The position numbers and the translations under genes are program-made. Below are positions 30,214 through 32,000 of a DNA stretch of 32,000 nt, piece by piece. Every line of letters starts with the position of its first letter. Position 1 is the stretch's first letter. This DNA comes from Solitalea canadensis DSM 3403 (GTDB taxonomy: Bacteria; Bacteroidota; Bacteroidia; Sphingobacteriales; Sphingobacteriaceae). The notes under the pieces were generated by a model. It was given only the letters and a program-made list of their open reading frames with translations, did not search any database and had not been told where the DNA came from. Where the stretch lies: positions 1,468,669 through 1,500,668 of the forward strand of contig NC_017770.1 of the NCBI RefSeq assembly GCF_000242635.2. Direction: 5' to 3'.

Positions 30214-30403
30214 GGCATTTGGTTTTTGCTATGAAATCATTTATGCGTCAGGCAATGGTAAAATTGTAGGGTAGAGTAGGCAAGGTTAATAGGTGTATGG
30301 TTTAAATGCCCTCTTTAGGTGAGAATTAAATAAATGGCATTGTTTTATCTATTAGTTGTTGTAACAATTTATTTAATGGACGCTCAACAATAACATACAA
30401 GCT

Positions 30404-30967
30404 ATGAGATTAAACTATCAACTTGTTTTACTTGGTTTGATAATTTTACCCGGAATTATTTCATGTAATTCAAATGAGAAAGCAGAGAAAAATGTGACAG
30501 TAAATGAAATGGAAATTCCTCATATTAAGAGAGATGCTGATTTTGTGGTAAAAGCATTAAATATGGGAATGTTCGAAGTTCAGGCAGCGCAGTTAGCTGA
30601 AAAAAAGGCTTCTACAAAAGAATTGAAAGTATTGGCAGCAAAGGTAGAATCTGAACATTCAAAAGTTAACGAACAACTTGCAATTCTTGCTACTGAGAAA
30701 AATATAACCGCACCTGATTCAATCACTAATGATATGCAAGATAAAGTAATGAAGCTGTCTCAACTTAAAGGCGAAGACTTTGATAAAGAATATGCTACTA
30801 TAATGCTCAATCAACATCGTGAGGTAGTTGATGAGTTTGAACAGATATCTATTAATGCGGTGGATGCTGATATTAAACAATTAGCAATGGATGCATTACC
30901 TGCTATGCGTACACACTATGAAGAAGCTGTGAAAGTAAAAGATGCTGTCGAGAAAAAATACAAATAA
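30404..30967 (+). CDS. DUF4142-family lipoprotein
   Basis: Lipobox LPGIISC. Two helical repeats of the DUF4142 type are present (DADFVVKALNMGMFEVQAAQLA..., FDKEYATIMLNQHREVV). Confidence 0.75.
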   Translation: MRLNYQLVLLGLIILPGIISCNSNEKAEKNVTVNEMEIPHIKRDADFVVKALNMGMFEVQAAQLAEKKASTKELKVLAAKVESEHSKVNEQLAILATEKNITAPDSITNDMQDKVMKLSQLKGEDFDKEYATIMLNQHREVVDEFEQISINAVDADIKQLAMDALPAMRTHYEEAVKVKDAVEKKYK

Positions 30968-32000
30968 TCAGCGGTCAAATCTAAATAAATGAGCGTCCTG
31001 ATTTGATCTTTTTAAAATAAGATCACGTATTATTTCTGCAGCAATAACATTAAATGTAATTCCATTACCTCCAAATCCAAGGGCAAAGTAACTATTAGCC
31101 AGTTTTTTATAAGGTCCAATAAATGGTAACCCATCAGGGGTACTAGAAAATGTGCCTGTCCAACTAAACTCCGTTTTGAAATCAATCATAGGAAATTTTG
31201 ATTTAAAACTTCTTTCTAAAGCTTTACCTTTTTCTTTTAATAATGCATCACGTTTTTTAGGATTAAAAAATGACTCATCTTTTCCACCAATTACGATGCG
31301 ATGATCAGTTGTAGATCGAAGGTAGAGGTAGGGGCTGGCTGTTTCCCAAAGTAAACAATTGTCGAATGACCAAAAATTATCTGTTGAATACTGTTCACTT
31401 GCAATTACATAAGTTGAAGTAAGTGTAAAAAGTTTCTCGGCAATGTAATTAACAGATTCATACCCTGTAGCATATACTATTTTTTTTGCTGTGACTGTGC
31501 ACCCATTTTCTGTAGTTAGAATGACACCTCTGCTTCGGTGATCAAATTTTACCACATTTGTTCGATCAAATATAGGAACGCCTTTTTTTTTTGACCATTG
31601 ATGCAACAGATGAACGAGCATGTAAGTATCTGTTTGAGCACCGCTTTGGGATAAAATACCACCTTCAGAAGTAAACGTAAATTCCTTTTGAATTCGTTGT
31701 TTGTCCAACTTTTCTACGTTGAATCCATGTTTTTTTCTTACTATATATTCATTGTCAATCAGTGCTTTATGTTTTTTGTAAGAAGCAAAAAAGAAACTTT
31801 TTTTATGTTGAAAATCCGATAGTTTTATTTCATTGGCAATGTCCTGCAATTTATAAATAGACTCCTCGCATAGTTTATAGCTCTTCACTGCCTCTTTTTC
31901 GCCTCTAATTTTAATAAGTTTATAAAGCGGCATATCAATCTCATATTGAAGTAAACCCGTACTGGCACATGAGCTGCCTAACCCTATTGATCTTGCATCA
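30968..32000 (-). CDS. FAD-dependent oxidoreductase (DAO family), N-terminus beyond window end
   Basis: DAO-like C-terminal blocks are present (IVIGGKDE, GTFSSTPDGLPFIGP, LGFGGNGITF). The frame stays open upstream of the track's Met at 31933 (...DARSIGLGSSCASTGLLQYEID-MPLYKL) to the window edge, so the true start and FAD-binding GxGxxG lie outside the window. Confidence 0.8.
   Translation of the reverse strand, partial: DARSIGLGSSCASTGLLQYEIDMPLYKLIKIRGEKEAVKSYKLCEESIYKLQDIANEIKLSDFQHKKSFFFASYKKHKALIDNEYIVRKKHGFNVEKLDKQRIQKEFTFTSEGGILSQSGAQTDTYMLVHLLHQWSKKKGVPIFDRTNVVKFDHRSRGVILTTENGCTVTAKKIVYATGYESVNYIAEKLFTLTSTYVIASEQYSTDNFWSFDNCLLWETASPYLYLRSTTDHRIVIGGKDESFFNPKKRDALLKEKGKALERSFKSKFPMIDFKTEFSWTGTFSSTPDGLPFIGPYKKLANSYFALGFGGNGITFNVIAAEIIRDLILKRSNQDAHLFRFDR

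Noticed and set aside
30965-30970. Convergent DUF4142 and FAD-oxidoreductase genes abut with zero intergenic bases (TAA immediately followed by the reverse-complement TGA)
   Set aside because: This is unusual-looking but not informative by itself. Tight convergent ends occur regularly, and no structure or overlap-encoded element is evident.
31583-31592. T10 homopolymer (A10 on the coding strand, encoding SKKKG) in the FAD oxidoreductase gene as a possible slipped-strand phase-variation switch
   Set aside because: The frame is intact. A/T runs of 7-8 nt are common throughout this AT-rich window (e.g. in the GH2, GH63-like and PIG-L genes), and nothing else suggests a contingency locus. It is worth a look only if population data show length variation.

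Overview
The window comes from a low-GC (about 37-40%) Bacteroidota chromosome, probably Sphingobacteriia-like. The evidence for this is SusC/SusD genes, TAnnTTTG-type -7 boxes and Bacteroidetes-type 5S/23S sequence. It opens with the 3' end of an rRNA operon (23S tail, 5S, terminator). A non-coding patch of hairpin-rich repeats and a very AT-rich orphan gene follow. Next comes a + strand block: a secreted PIG-L/LmbE-like deacetylase, an unannotated 36-aa micro-ORF, a sodium:solute symporter, a class-3 lipase and an AGMO-like fatty-acid hydroxylase. The rest is mostly on the - strand: a SAM methyltransferase, a Dph6-like PP-loop ATPase, rpmA and rplU, then a long co-directional run. That run reads ECF sigma, FecR anti-sigma, SusC-type transducer, SusD, GH2 beta-galactosidase, GH63/trehalase-like hydrolase and an APH-kinase::class-III aminotransferase fusion. 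After it come a DAACS transporter with a small membrane partner, trxB, mnmA, a DUF4142 lipoprotein and a truncated FAD oxidoreductase. I found no CRISPR array, transposase, integrase, tRNA or recognisable defence system. The most interesting hypothesis is that the sigma/anti-sigma-controlled SusC/D locus and the tightly following hydroxylysine-kinase/phospho-lyase-type fusion form one system. That system would use collagen-type Glc-alpha1,2-Gal-beta-O-hydroxylysine. This rests on gene content and spacing only and is not demonstrated. All family calls come from motifs read by eye; no searches were run.
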